DNA of 64,000 bases from the NCBI GenBank assembly GCA_964016885.1, contig OZ024743.1:256556001-256620000 (forward strand), written 5' to 3'. Below the pieces are notes generated by a model. That model was not told where the DNA came from. It was given only the letters and a program-made list of their open reading frames with translations, and made no database searches. The DNA is from Eledone cirrhosa. Taxonomy: Eukaryota. This document shows positions 26,437 to 39,454 of the stretch, piece by piece; positions within the stretch are counted from its first letter, which is position 1, and each line of letters starts with the position of its first letter. A program made the translations under genes and the position numbers.

Positions 26437-26778
26437 GAGGCATATGGCTTCGTGGTTAGAGCATTGGCCTTGCAATCGAAAGGTTGTGAGTTCAATTCTC
26501 AGACCGGGTGATGTGTTGTTTCTTTGAGCAAGACACTTTATTTCACATTGCCCCTGTTTACTCAGCTGTAGAAATGAGATGATAGGGACTGGTGTCCCTA
26601 TCATTCTACTGCAAAGTGGTCGTGGAGGTGCCACGGCAAAAAAGCACTCAGCACTCACAGTAAATGAGATTGGTGTTAGGAAGGGCATCCAGCTGTAGAA
26701 ATCAAGCCAGAATCAGTCCTGTCCCACCCTTGCAAGCAGGGAAAATCGGACGTAAAAATGATGATGAAAAATGATGAT
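26437..26778 (+). mobile_element. Full-length composite SINE: tRNA head + CORE-like domain + RTE-UTR motif + RTE 3' tail
   Basis: Box A TGGCTTCGTGGTTAG, box B GAGTTCAATTC, TTGAGCAAGACACTT, GGTGTTAGGAAGGGCATCCAGCTGTAGAAA, then CCCACCCTTGCAAGCAGGGAAAATCGGACGTAAAA(ATG)n. Confidence 0.85.
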
Positions 26779-26826
26779 ACATATGTACATATATGTATAT
26801 ATATATACATATATAGATATATATAC

Positions 26827-26864
<38 letters not shown>

Positions 26865-27110
26865 GGCTGAAAATTTAAGCCATTATTAATAGGCACATAT
26901 ACTGAAACAAGAAAACCAGAGAAATGAATAACAGAAATATTTGGAAAACAAGTGAAAAGAATATCTTTTCTAGGACGACTATCTAAACCCACCTTTGTAA
27001 CTCACTGTTAGTTAAAAAGAATCTAAGTAAAAGAGAGACTCTCCTGCCTGAAAGAATATGTTTTATTGATCATTTAAGGACGAATTTTAAAAAAATTTAT
27101 AAAGATTCCA

Positions 27111-27235
<125 letters not shown>

Positions 27236-27254
27236 GTAGTATGTATATATAGTT

Positions 27255-27640
27255 ACTCAACATCCTTTGGAGAGAAATTGTCAACAATGTTGAAGTCCTT
27301 GAATGAGCAGAGATTGCAAGCATCGAAGCCATGCTACTGAAGTCTCAACTACATTGGGCAGGGCATATTTCCAGGATGAAGGATCAATGCCTGCTCAGGA
27401 TCACGCTGTATGGCAAACTCTCCATTAGCCATCATGTCAGGGGTGGGGAAGGGACACCATTCAAGCAATACAAGGACTGTTTGAAAAAATCACTTCTTGT
27501 CTGTCACAACAACCATCGCTGGCAGTCCACCTTAGCAGAGAACCATGACACCTAACATCTCAGCATCAACCATGCTGTCTTCTCCTTTCAAAAAAACCCT
27601 GCAGAGTCACCCTTGAGGACAAAAGGTGCAGGAGGAAGAA
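27255..27640 (+). mobile_element. RTE/BovB-like LINE 3' fragment
   Basis: SIEAMLLKSQLHWAGHISRM..LYGKL...QYKDCLKKSL, typical of the BovB-type RT C-terminus. Confidence 0.8.
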
Positions 27641-28394
27641 CACCCTTTTCATAATCTTTATTTGTGTAGCTAAGCCATGATGATGAATGTATCGAGTCTC
27701 CAACAGAGAAAATCAACAGTGTTCACAGTTATTTTCTGCATACGAGATTCTATACGTTTTTTAAGAATTTCAACTCACTCGATGCTCTGATAGTTTATTT
27801 ACCCCCCCCCCCCCCCCCCCATATATATATAAATCATCATTGTTTAATGTCTGATTTCGCCACTACCAAGATTTTACACATTGTGATAGGCAGGTCTGTA
27901 CTAAAATGGAGCTTCTGGCCTTGTAGTGGGCTGAGTGCTTGATATTCAATCCCATGCGCTACTGAATGCATTTTATCATGGCACCAACACTAAGGAAGTT
28001 GTCATTTCTTTAAAGACAGTTTCCCATAGTCAAAAATGAAGAAATGAGATACCTAAGTTTTTGGATCTTACATAGAGTGAAGAAACAATTGAGACAGACT
28101 TGGGGTAACATTCAGCTTCTTGTGAATGGTGAGAATAACTGTGAATGGTGATGATGATGATGATGAGAATGAGAAAACAACATGGCAGAAATATTCAATT
28201 GTTTAACAGTGTTCTGATAAATTCTGTTCAATCAACACAGGGGGAAAATAGAAACAGTTACAGTGAATTAAAGCATTTCTCACAAAAACAAGGCGTATTC
28301 TTTTGAAAATTAAGATACATTTTTTTAACTATGCATATATATATATATAACATATATAATATATATTGTTAGTTTTTAACTCAATATATACTGT

Positions 28395-28452
<58 letters not shown>

Positions 28453-29202
28453 TGTATATATAGTGTGTGTGTACATATGTACATATATGGTAGTATTTTA
28501 TGTATTTATATTTTTTCATGTTTTAACATACAGAGAGTTAGTGGGGAAAGGGAAGATTGAAAAATAGTAAAAGGGGAGATATAAAATAAAATGAAATATA
28601 AAATATAATAATATAAATAAAAGGAGTTTAAGGGTTGTTTTGCTCCAAACAATCAAATTATTCAAGCAGAAATGGCAGGTTCTAGGCTAACAGTAAATTC
28701 CCCTTAAAACACATTAATATGTGCTTCATGCTTCACTAGGGTCACAAACAAACAAAATATGATATTATAGCAGGAAAAAGAGAGAGGGTGGGGATAGAAT
28801 AAGAAAATGAGAGGAAAACTGTAGAGTTTTCATTCATCAATTTCTCACTGCCACTCTGTTCTGACAGATTTCTGCTCCTGGCTCAAACTTTTTCTCCTTC
28901 TTCTCCTATACTCTCCTCTTCTGTCTTTTTCTCCTTCCTGTTAACTTTACATCAGTCAGACATTTGTAATCCCAACATCTCCACTGCATCCCATTCCCCA
29001 AATTCCACCTCCACCATCTCCTACTCCCTGAGCTATAATAAAAAAAGACATCTAATTGATCCATTGTTTATCTCTATCATATAATTTTTCTAAAAAAAAA
29101 ATTCTTCTTCCTGTATTGTACAATATTACAGCAGCTAATATATTTGAAAATATGAAATCCTCCATTCTTACATATATGTGTCTGTGTGAGTATATGTGTG
29201 TA

Positions 29203-29246
<44 letters not shown>

Positions 29247-29457
29247 TGTTCATACTGCACTTTTTGTTATTGTTTTTGTTTTTTCGTTTTTTACTTATAT
29301 ATATATATGTATTTATATATATATATATATATATGTGTGTGTACATATATATATTTCTGAGTGTATATGTGTATAAATAGGTGAGTTTTAGGTTAAATGA
29401 ATATACAACATAGATATGTATTTAAGTTAATGTCAGCTGAAGGTGGATGTTATAGGG

Positions 29458-29498
<41 letters not shown>

Positions 29499-29621
29499 TT
29501 GTGTGTGTGTGTGCATGTGTGTATAAATATATATATATATACGATCATACATATAAATACATACATACATAAAAGCACACACATGCTAACATGGAAGATG
29601 GATGTTAAACAATGATGATGA

Positions 29622-29655
<34 letters not shown>

Positions 29656-30009
29656 TTATTTTACTCAAAACCTCAAAAGCCAGTATATTAAGTTTCTTCC
29701 TGTGCTCACCATTCATGCATTCTAAACTTCAGTATAGATTTCACCTCTGTTGGCTAACATTTCGGACTGAAAGAGAACAATGCCATCCCCATAGAGGAAT
29801 CTGTTTACAGACATGGCCTTGCTATGGATTATTCTTCGACATATCAACTTTGTTTTATGGCTCTTTCATTGATTCCTTCTTAAAATACAGAGCTGATCAG
29901 TGCAATATTATACATACATACACATAAAGACTATATACATCAAGAATCTTGCAAACATACATAAAAATAAAGTGTGTGTGTATGTTTATATTATTATTAT
30001 TACTATTAT

Positions 30010-30195
30010 AGGGTAGTGAATTGGCAGTATCGGTAGAGGGTCGGACGCCATGCTTTGACACATAGAGTTACGGCCATTCTGAGTTCAAATCCCACCGAGG
30101 TTAACTTTGCCTTTCATCCTTACGGGGTCGATAAAATAAAGTACCAGTAATGTACTCGTCAATTGCTGGCCTTGTGCCAATAGTAGGAACAATTA
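30010..30195 (+). mobile_element. Nin-domain-like tRNA SINE
   Basis: TGGCAGTATCGGTAG (box A), GAGTTCAAATCC (box B), CCGAGGTTAACTTTGCCTTTCATCCTTACGGGGTCGATAAAATAAAGTACCAG, (TTA)n tail. Confidence 0.85.
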
Positions 30196-30846
30196 TTATT
30201 ACTATTATGATTTGAAGCTTCCTTTAAGTTCTGCTTCTTTCTCATATCTTTCTCATAACTGTCAACCTGGCACCTGAGGCAAAATTTGATAATACATTTT
30301 ATAATCAATTATCATACAAATGATGCCATAAGGGCACAATCAACAGTAAATGTCTTTGAAGGTTTTTAAATTGTTAATGCCCTTCACAGGATATTTTCTG
30401 TATCTCTTACATGGTCACCCACTCGCTCCACCCAAGTTGTACCTATCCATTTAAATCCACAACCAATCACGTTTGCGTAATGCTACAAATTAACATGCAA
30501 TGTACTGTAAGAATCAGACATACCGCAGTGATGTCCTATAATGGAACCCCTGTGCATGTGTGTACATTTATACTTGCCTGCACATGCATACTCGCATATC
30601 AATGCACATATTTTCCATTTAGTCTTGGTTGTGTGTATCTTTGTACCTGCCTATACAATTAGAATGGGTATGTATATGCTTGCATATGTGTGTGTACATG
30701 TATGTGTTTTTGTTTGTGTATCTACATGTCTGTATATGTGCATGCGTATATATGTATATATATTTCCCTTGTCATTTCAATTTGGATTGCCTCGGGAACA
30801 TAACCTTATTATGTAAGAAGCTGTCTGATAAGAGCATGACACTGGG

Positions 30847-30943
30847 TATGCAGAATCGTGTGACCACTGTGATCATTGAAATATGTATTACAACCTTATC
30901 GATAAAGGACTTTAACATCTGAAAATACTTTGCATTTTCATGT

Positions 30944-30987
<44 letters not shown>

Positions 30988-31098
30988 GAGAGAGAGAGAT
31001 TACAAGAAAATGCGAAGTATTTTCAGATGTTAAAGTCCTTTATCGATAAGGCTGTAATACATATTTCGATGATCACAGTGGTCACACGATTCTGCATA
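30847..31098. repeat. ~95-bp inverted repeat around a (CT)(TA)(GA) microsatellite palindrome
   Basis: TATGCAGAATCGTGTGACCACTGTGATCA...GCATTTTC is the reverse complement of GAAAATGC...TGATCACAGTGGTCACACGATTCTGCATA. Confidence 0.85.
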
Positions 31099-31225
31099 TA
31101 TATATATATATTAATAAAAGGAATTCCAATTTTGTCTGATTTACTCCTTTTATTTACAATCCTTTAAAATTATAATGATATTATAATGAAATAGTATGGT
31201 AGAATATTTAGTGTTAAATGTTAAT

Positions 31226-31264
31226 TGAACAAGTACTTTCATGCTTTCGCAATCTTCAGGTTCA
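31226..31264 (-). ncRNA. Minimal type-I hammerhead ribozyme (family B, copy 1)
   Basis: Minus strand TGAAC-CTGAAGA-tTGC-GAAA-GCAt-GAAAG-ta-CTT-GTTCA. Confidence 0.82.
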
Positions 31265-31985
31265 TATTCCGTGGTGACAGTTAAGTTTGCAATTTTCGAC
31301 TTTAATGAGATGGGTAAAATCTGTGCCTTATATACAGTAAAAAGGGGCTACAGAATGTTAAGTTTTGCACACTGTATTTTGACTAATCGGTGTGTAGATT
31401 CACTAGATTACTAAAGCTGATTGGTTGGTTGAGCATGTCTAACGACTTCTATTTGACCCTATCCAAAGCATCAATTGTTTTGCTATTTTTAGAAATGATG
31501 AAAATAGCATTTTCTAGGGTTTTTATAAAAAATCTTCAGTAATCATCAACATCAACAACATTGTTGTTGTTAGTGGTGTTAGTCGACATGGTCCTAGGCG
31601 TAGTCATAGTAGAAGTAATACCCTAAGTATTATTATTGTTAATTTAGCTTGGGTTGGAATTTATCAATAACATTCTTTTCTTTAATTTTTCTCTTGATTT
31701 TACTTGGGCTGTGTAGTTTGTAGAATGGAAATATTATAAATATTTTCTGACCACATGTTGCTAGATGGTTACTCAGGGGTCAAATAGAAGTCGTTAGACA
31801 TGCTCAACCAACTGTGACGCCTAAACCAATCAGCTTTAGTAATCTAGTGAAACTACACACCGATTGGTCGAAATACAGTTTGCAAAACTTAGCATTCTGT
31901 AGCCCCTTTTTACTGTATATAAGGCACAGATTTTACCTAAGTCATTACAGTCGAAAATTTCAAACTTGACTGTCACCATTAAATA

Positions 31986-32024
31986 TGAACCTGAAGATTG
32001 CAAAAGCATGAAAGTACTTGTTCA
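31986..32024 (+). ncRNA. Minimal type-I hammerhead ribozyme (family B, copy 2)
   Basis: Stem I TGAAC/GTTCA, core CTGAAGA, stem II TGC-aaaa-GCA, GAAA, palindromic stem III AGTACT. Confidence 0.8.
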
Positions 32025-32173
32025 ATTAACATTTAACACTAAATATTCTACCATACTATTTCATTATAATATCATTATAATTTTAAAGGATTGTAAATAA
32101 AACGATTAAATTAGACAAAGTTGGAATTCCTTTTATTAATATGATCTTCTATACACAATCATACACGCCCGTG

Positions 32174-32207
<34 letters not shown>

Positions 32208-32787
32208 GGGGAATATGTATATACACTTATATGTATATGCCAGTTTGTGTCTCTATGTATGCATGCAGATATTTGTGGGTGTGCCTATATGTATGTATAG
32301 GTACACATTCATATGGATGAGTATGTCTACAGGTAAGCCCATATAGATATATGAACATATGTATGTGTCTGTATGTGTGTATGAATGAGTATTAATACCC
32401 GTGTCTTTGGGATAGACACCAATACATACTCCAAATACCCATCTGAGTATCCTATTCTTTCGTTCAATACACTGGGTAATATGAATCAATATAGAGATGT
32501 ATTCATACTGCTGGGTCTGTGTAAGATCATCTATATATTCCCATCTAAAATTATTTTGTTTGTAGACATGTGTGGTAATATGACTATTAGGGTATGTGTG
32601 AACAGATCCTTGTGTATATCTGACAGAAATGGTATATTATGTTATTTTGGGGAAGGTACACTGACTTCCCCGAACCCTGAACACGAACAGAGACATTGCC
32701 CAGTTGTTGAATTAGGATGAAATAGATCTTAATTACCTCAACGTAGCCCCCCCCCCCATCCCAATTACGCTATCAGCGCCGCTACTT

Positions 32788-33152
32788 AATAATTGTTTCT
32801 ATTTTAGGCACAAAGCCAGCAATTTTAGAGGGGAAAGTTGATTAAATTGACCCCCAGTACTTATTGGTGCTTTATTTTATCAACCCTGTAAGGATGAAAG
32901 GCAAAGCTAACTTCAGCAGGATTTGATCTTAGAACGTAAAGGGGTGTAACTATCTGCCACTAATTAATAATTGTTTCTACTTTTGGCACAAGGCCAGCAA
33001 TTATCCAAGTACATTACTGGTACTTTATTTTATTGACCCCGTAAGGATGGATGGCAAAGTTAACCTTGGTGGGATTTGAACTCAGACCATAAAGGGGCAT
33101 AACTCTATGCTGCAAAGCATGGTGTCCGACATTCTACCTATACTGCCAATCC
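32788..33152 (-). mobile_element. Two adjacent Nin-domain-like SINE copies
   Basis: AAGGATG.AAGGCAAAG..AAC.T.G..GGATTTGA at ~32890 and ~33043. Confidence 0.8.
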
Positions 33153-33253
33153 CCAATGCCAGCCAGCTTTGACCAAATTAAACGGCCGTCTTATTTATGA
33201 CCCACAATGGCCAATTGGGGCATACACACAATTCCAGCAACTTAACATAACAC

Positions 33254-33481
33254 TTAACCCTTTAGCATTCACATTACTCTATATATACTATTGTATTTTC
33301 ATGGTAAAGGCTTTACCTCACATAATTATCTCACATAATATCGAATCTATGAGATTTTGAAAGTATTTATTTTGAGAACAATACCTTAACATCAGTTTGA
33401 GTGACCAGTTATAGCCAGTTTCAACAGAAAGAGGTAGAGAATTCTGGCTGGTTTGGGCCGGTTTGAACATTAAAGTGTTAA
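33254..33481. mobile_element. Second TTAA-type MITE copy
   Basis: TTAACCCTTTAGCATT...ACATTAAAGTGTTAA. Internal sequence homologous to 16153-16368. Confidence 0.7.
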
Positions 33482-33537
33482 AGTGAATTCTCTATCTACT
33501 ACAATTACAATAACTATATGTTATCTATTACAGTTAT

Positions 33538-33760
33538 TGGTGAATTGGCAATATCGCTAGCGCATCAGACAATATGCTTTGCAACATATAGTTACAGCCC
33601 TTTATGCTCTGAGTTCAAATCCCATCAAAGTTAGCTTTGCCTTTCTTCCTTACAGGGTCGATAAATTAATGTACCAGTAATACACTGGGATTAATTTAAT
33701 CAACTTTCCCCTTCCCCGAAATGGTTGGTTGCCCTTGTGCCTAAATCAGAAACAATTACT
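33538..33760 (+). mobile_element. Nin-domain-like SINE
   Basis: GAGTTCAAATCCC..TTTGCCTTTCTTCCTTACAGGGTCGATAAA..GTACCAG. Confidence 0.75.
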
Positions 33761-34380
33761 GTTATTATTAGTAATAGCAGTTTCACTTGAAGAGGAAAAT
33801 CAGGGTGGAAAGGCAAGTGCTGTCTTCTAGTAAGTTTGTTGAACGGTGGGGAAAGTGGCGAATCTGGTCCGAGTGAGTATGCGCCTGTAGACTGAGGAAT
33901 GGGGAAAATGAGAGAGGGCGCTTGCCCTGGTGGTCAGGGTGGCCGTGGTCTTTTGTGTTGTTTTCGCCATGAGTGACCCTCGGAGGCTTCCCCCTTATTG
34001 GGGAATTTTTTGTTGTTTGAATTTTAATTTATTTTACACGTTTCTGTCTTTTATAACCTTTTTACATGGCCCAAACCCACTTTGTATCGTCCTGTGCCGT
34101 CTGTAATGTTTTTCTTCATGTTAGCCCATGTGGCCAATAAAGAAACCATTATTAGTAATAGTAGTACAACTACTATTATTGGTATCATTATTATTATTAT
34201 TGTTATTATTATTATAAAGTACCAGTAATGCACTGGAATAATTGCTGGCCTTGTGACAAAAGCAGAAACGATTATTATACCTTTTATTATTTATCTTTCT
34301 TTACACACCCTTTATATGCCTTCTATTCCTACCAGTCTAAATTTACGCATCCCCCTCTCTTCTATTTCCTCACTCATCGG

Positions 34381-34394
34381 CACACACACACACG

Positions 34395-34490
<96 letters not shown>

Positions 34491-34513
34491 GACACACACA
34501 CACACACACACAC
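34381..34513. repeat. (CA)n microsatellite
   Basis: Read directly from the sequence. Confidence 0.95.
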
Positions 34514-34749
34514 CACTTTATATATATGTAGCAAATAAAATCATAGCTTGGTGTTTCTGAAGATGACAGTCGATCGAACAGGAATTTCAAGACTAGAAAT
34601 AGGTAGTAATGTAACCACTACCATGCTAGTCCATACAACAATCTTCCACAATCAATCTACCCACTGAAACGGTTGTAAAACAATGACTTAATTAATTACC
34701 TACATCTCACTTCTGTCTTGTTTCCATTGTTCTATACACACACACACAG

Positions 34750-34781
<32 letters not shown>

Positions 34782-35396
34782 GAGAGCTGATCTTCCAGTG
34801 CTGACTGACAGATGAGATGACAAAGGAAGGCAATGGATGTAGGCAGTCTTTGATAAAAAAGACCTGTCCTACACATTCAAGAATGGAAAGAAACAGGTGT
34901 AAAATGGTGATGATAATGATGATTACCATCTTCATTGAACGTTTGTTTTCCCTGGTAGCAAGGGTTGGACATGATAATGATGAATATATATGCAATCTTG
35001 ATAACCACTAACGAGTGAGAAACGGCCGTCCGTTGCTTCCCTTTGTTTTTGAAAAGTCACTACTTTAAAACTTGTAGCGAATGGTCTTCAAAATGTTTTA
35101 AAATAAACATAAAATATATTATCAAGTATACTATGCATACATTCATACATACATCGCTATTTCAGAGCACTGATATTAATTCCTATATATCATCACCAAC
35201 ATCATCATCATCGTTTAACGTCTATCTTCCACGCTAGCATGGGTTAGATGGGAATTGTCCAATTTCAGGCAAGATTGATCAGGTGACTGTGTTTTGCTCG
35301 TATAGGACTGTATCTGGCAGGCTTTCCACGGCTGGATGCCCTTTCTAACACCAACCACATTTATACATACACACATACATATACACACTACAATCA

Positions 35397-35736
35397 AATA
35401 GAAGGCCAGATTCTAATATTTTTCTTTAATTTTTCACAAATACATACTACATGTATTTCTATGGTCAGCTTATGTCATCAGACCAAAGTGAAAGACAATT
35501 GGCAATGTCATCAGATATAATGAACATAAAGGATCTTAAAGATTTAGGTCAGTAATCTCTACTGGGTTACAGTAAAATATATACAAAAATTTGATACAAA
35601 ATGACCTGGCTAGTTATGCGATCACTAACACATCACCAATTGTCTTGTCACGTTCTGATAATGTAAGCTAGCCATAGAAATATGTATTATGTAATTGTTC
35701 AAAATTGAAGGAATATATTGGAATCTGATTTCTATT
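35397..35736. repeat. Degenerate inverted repeat (~110-bp arms)
   Basis: AATAGAA..CAGATTC.AATAT..TTTCTATGG..AGCTTA..TCAGA..AAGACAATTGG mirrored by CCAATTGTCTT..TCTGA..TAAGCT..CCATAGAAA..ATATTGGAATCTG..TTCTATT. Confidence 0.65.
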
Positions 35737-35896
35737 TTCATTGAAACATTTAATTCTGTTCTTGCACCAACCACGATATACCACATCTATGATGGATGAT
35801 AAACATAACATTGAGTGCTTTTGCTTATTACATTACAGTTTGCTAATCGGAATGTCTAGATTTACCTAATTGTTAAACCATACAACATAAACGGAA

Positions 35897-35930
<34 letters not shown>

Positions 35931-36471
35931 AATTAGTAGAAAGAAAAAAGATTCTTTCAGTAGAAAATGTTGAAGAGATTTTTTTCAATGAGATATCAAA
36001 ACATTAATTTATTTACAATACTGGTTTCAGCATTAAATGTATTGTCAATTGCGAATATGCAGAATATTGTTAAGTTGCATATTTGTACAAATAGTGATAA
36101 TAGTAATAATTGTTTCTACTTTAGGCACAAGGCCAGCAATTACCCAATGCATTACTGGTACTTTATTTTATCGACCCCGTAAGGATGAAAGGCAAAGTCA
36201 ACCTCGGCGAGTAATAATAATGATGAAGGCAATGAAAATAAAATAAAAAAGAGAAGAAAAAAAATTAATTTTCACATACATGTTCATTCAGAGAAGTCAT
36301 TTCTCTGCTTATAGCTTGGTTGTGACAAGTGGAAGGAGAGGGTGGAGGGGAGAGGAGAAGAGGAAAGAGGAGTGTTGGCAGGCTGCTGGGATTGGTTTGA
36401 AAGGCTGAATGACCCTAGAGTTGACCGGGGGGGGGGGGGGTTGATTGCTTCTAAAGATATCTATCTATATT

Positions 36472-36660
36472 GGCGGTGGATTGGCAGTATCGGTAGAGGT
36501 TCGGACACCATGCTTTGACGCATAGAGTTACGGCCCTTGCCATTCTGAGTTCAAATCCCGCCGAGGTTAACTTTGCCTTTCATCCTTACGGGTCGATAAA
36601 ATAAAGTACCAGTAATGTACTGGGTAATTTTCTGGCCTTGTGCCAATAGTAGAAACAATT
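36472..36660 (+). mobile_element. Full-length Nin-domain-like tRNA SINE; a partial minus copy lies at 36107-36208
   Basis: GGCGGTGGATTGGCAGTATCGGTAG...GAGTTCAAATCCCGCCGAGGTTAACTTTGCCTTTCATCC...AGAAACAATT. Confidence 0.85.
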
Positions 36661-37565
36661 ATATTCATATATATATAAATATAATTTCAGTGAGAGCGAA
36701 TTTCGGCAGTGGTCAAAAACAAAGCAAAACGCAATTTTCGAGATGTGCTCAATGGACTAAAAGAAGACCAGAGCAATAAACATAGGTTATAGAGGCCAAA
36801 CAAACTGAAAACGGCGGTCATGAAGCTATCAGCCACCTAAGCCAAAAATACGAAGCAAGCTAAACAGATCATTTATATATTGAGAGAGAGAGAGAGAGAG
36901 AGTTTTCTAACATTGCATCCTGTGAATGTGTAAGGAAGGAAGAAACTCAAAACATGTTGTAGGGTATATATTTTATTTGAACAGGACTGTAAATAAGAAG
37001 GTCATCTGAAAATTGCAGCGGCACAAAATACAAGTAGCAAGAAAGACAATTCAGTCTGAACAAAATACACACTGAGAACCACTCTAGTGCTGGCACCTCG
37101 ATAAAATTAACCCAGTACACCATGTAAAGTGGTTTATGGGAGGAAGAGCAACTAGCCAAAACTGGAATGTATGTAAGTATAACTCTGATTGGTCTGTAAT
37201 GAACAATCTAACCCTTACCAGGAGGGAAAAATAATTGGACATAAAATTGAAGTATATATGGGTAGCCATTTTAGTATGTATATGTTTTTTTTGCTTAATT
37301 GCCCATCCATTTCTCCTATATTCTTTTTAACTTCGGTAAATTAAAGAGGAGGTAATCAATTCCTGAAGAAACTTTAATAAAATTCGAAATAGTGGAGATT
37401 CCTTCACTGTGTTGGCTACCATCACTCCTTTTGTTTCGTAGAGGTAACATTTTCCTTGTAAAAAACTACATGTATGCATATTAAATATGATGTATATGAT
37501 CTCCCTATACACATTTATTCACAGCTACGTTATGATGTTATATATATATATATATATATATATAA

Positions 37566-37604
<39 letters not shown>

Positions 37605-38058
37605 TGTGTGTGTGTGAGTGTGTGTGTGTGTGCTTGCATACATATAAAGAGGGTTTACATGACAATATGAAATCAGAATTTCATTTTCAATGAAAAAGAA
37701 AAAATGGAATTTTTAACGATATTTACGAATGCGTTATTTTTTAAGAGTTACTGTAAAATTCAGCTTCACTGAGGAAACATTGTGAATAGGAGTAATAAAA
37801 ACGTTGTTAAACCATGTTGGATTAAAAATAATGTGATTTAATAACAATGCACCAACATCCAATTGTGAATGTAACATTGACTTAAAGTTTGCTTTTTTGA
37901 AAACATGTTGTTGAACATTTATGAGAACACATTGTCTTTTGATGATAGCAGTTCCCTTTCTTTTAAAATATTTTATGTTGTGTTGTTTAATTATAGTTCC
38001 GTATATTTTCCGTTGAAATCCTGTGGTTCATTGATCAATAAAAATCTGTTCCCAGTAA

Positions 38059-38375
38059 TCATCATTATCATCATCATCACCGTTTTACATCCGTTCTTCC
38101 ACGATAGCATGGGTTAGAAGGGTTGTCCTGTTGTGGGAAGTGTCTGGTCGGCTGACCTTGTCTTGCTCATATGGCTTGATTTCTACAGCTGGATGCCCTT
38201 CCTAACACCAACCTCATTTACAAGGAATGCTGGGTGCTTTCTTTTCCGTGGCGCCTTACACGTCCACTTTACAGTGTGGGCTGGGTGCTTTTTTGCTGTG
38301 GCACCTCCACGACCACTTTGAAGTGGGAGGGTGTGGGGGCATATTGTCTATATGCTTCAGATTCGGCTTGTACCC
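38059..38375 (-). mobile_element. Short non-coding RTE-related element (UTR motif + 3' tail)
   Basis: Reverse complement of 50875-51186. Contains GGAAGGGCATCCAGCTGTAG and a (GAT)n tail. Confidence 0.8.
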
Positions 38376-39038
38376 GTGGGTGTTCGGGTCTTCTGTATTA
38401 CTGCGTGATGCCAGAGGTCATAGTCGTGTATCATCACCTTTGAGAGGTGTAATTGGGTTGCTATTTATAGTAGAATCTTTCACTATACTCATAGACTAAA
38501 AAAATACTTGAGGCCTTGTTTAAAGGTTAACGGACACTTACAAAGATTTTTATTCTATGTTCTCTTGAACAGAGAATATTTAAAATCCAAACATTATATT
38601 CAATAATTCTGTAACTAGGGTGTGTTTCATTTCTCATCATACATTTTTAATTACATGGTTATTTTAAGTTCTTTTAATTAGTGATAGGTGTAGATATCGC
38701 TATGGTTTGGACTTTAGTCCTAAAGTGTAGAACATTGGGAAAGTCTCTTCTGCTATAGGGACATGAATACTGCCTTTCTCTTCATTTATTGCTCTTCCTC
38801 TGTACATATTCTTGATAAATGCTTTGTGATATTTGTTACAGTACTTTATGTTCTGAGTTCAAATCCTTACAAGGCTAACTTTGCCTCCCATGTTTCCCGG
38901 GTCAATAAACATCTTACGTTAATTCCAAGCACCAATTTAATAATGAAAAAGTTAGTTAGAGTAAGAAAAACCTCCAAATTCTTTATTATTTTCTAAATTA
39001 TTTGAAAATCTTCGGTAATACTTTTCATTACATATATG

Positions 39039-39454
39039 GTTATGAAAGAGATAATTGTTTCTACTTTATGCACAAGGCCAGCAATTACCCAGTGCATTAC
39101 TGGTACTTTATTTTATCGACCCCGTAAGGATGAAAGGCAAAGTCAACCTCGGCGGGATTTGAACTCAGATTGTAAAGGCACGTAACTATGCTGGAAAGCA
39201 TGGCGTCCGACCCTCTACTGATACTGCCAATCCACCGCCATGAAAGTTATGAAAGAGATAATTGTTTCTACTTTAGGCACAAGGCCAGCAATTACCCAGT
39301 GCATTACTGGTACTTTATTTTATCGACCCCGTAAGGATGAAAGGCAAAGTCAACCTCGGCGGGATTTGAACTCAGATCATAAAGGGACGTAACTATGCTG
39401 GAAAGCATGGCGTCCGACCCTCTACCGATACTGCCAATCCACGAAAGAGATAAT
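39039..39454 (-). mobile_element. Head-to-tail dimer of Nin-domain-like SINEs (period 207 bp)
   Basis: Two near-identical units starting at 39039 and 39246. GAAAGAGATAAT occurs at 39044, 39251 and 39443. Confidence 0.9.

Larger units (their letters stand above)
31110..32140 (-). mobile_element. 5'-truncated PLE with ~350-bp inverted pseudo-LTRs (31110-31460 / 31777-32140)
   Basis: Spacer on the minus strand (~31638-31770) encodes HLATCGQKIFIIFPFYKLHSPSKIKRKIKEKNVIDKFQPKLN*, a Penelope-type GIY-YIG C-terminus. Each arm carries a hammerhead. Confidence 0.85.

Noticed and set aside
26437-26510. tRNA gene calls at SINE heads (also 7550-7622, 10157-10215, 36472-36560)
   Set aside because: A and B boxes are present but the cloverleaf is incomplete and each runs into SINE body sequence.
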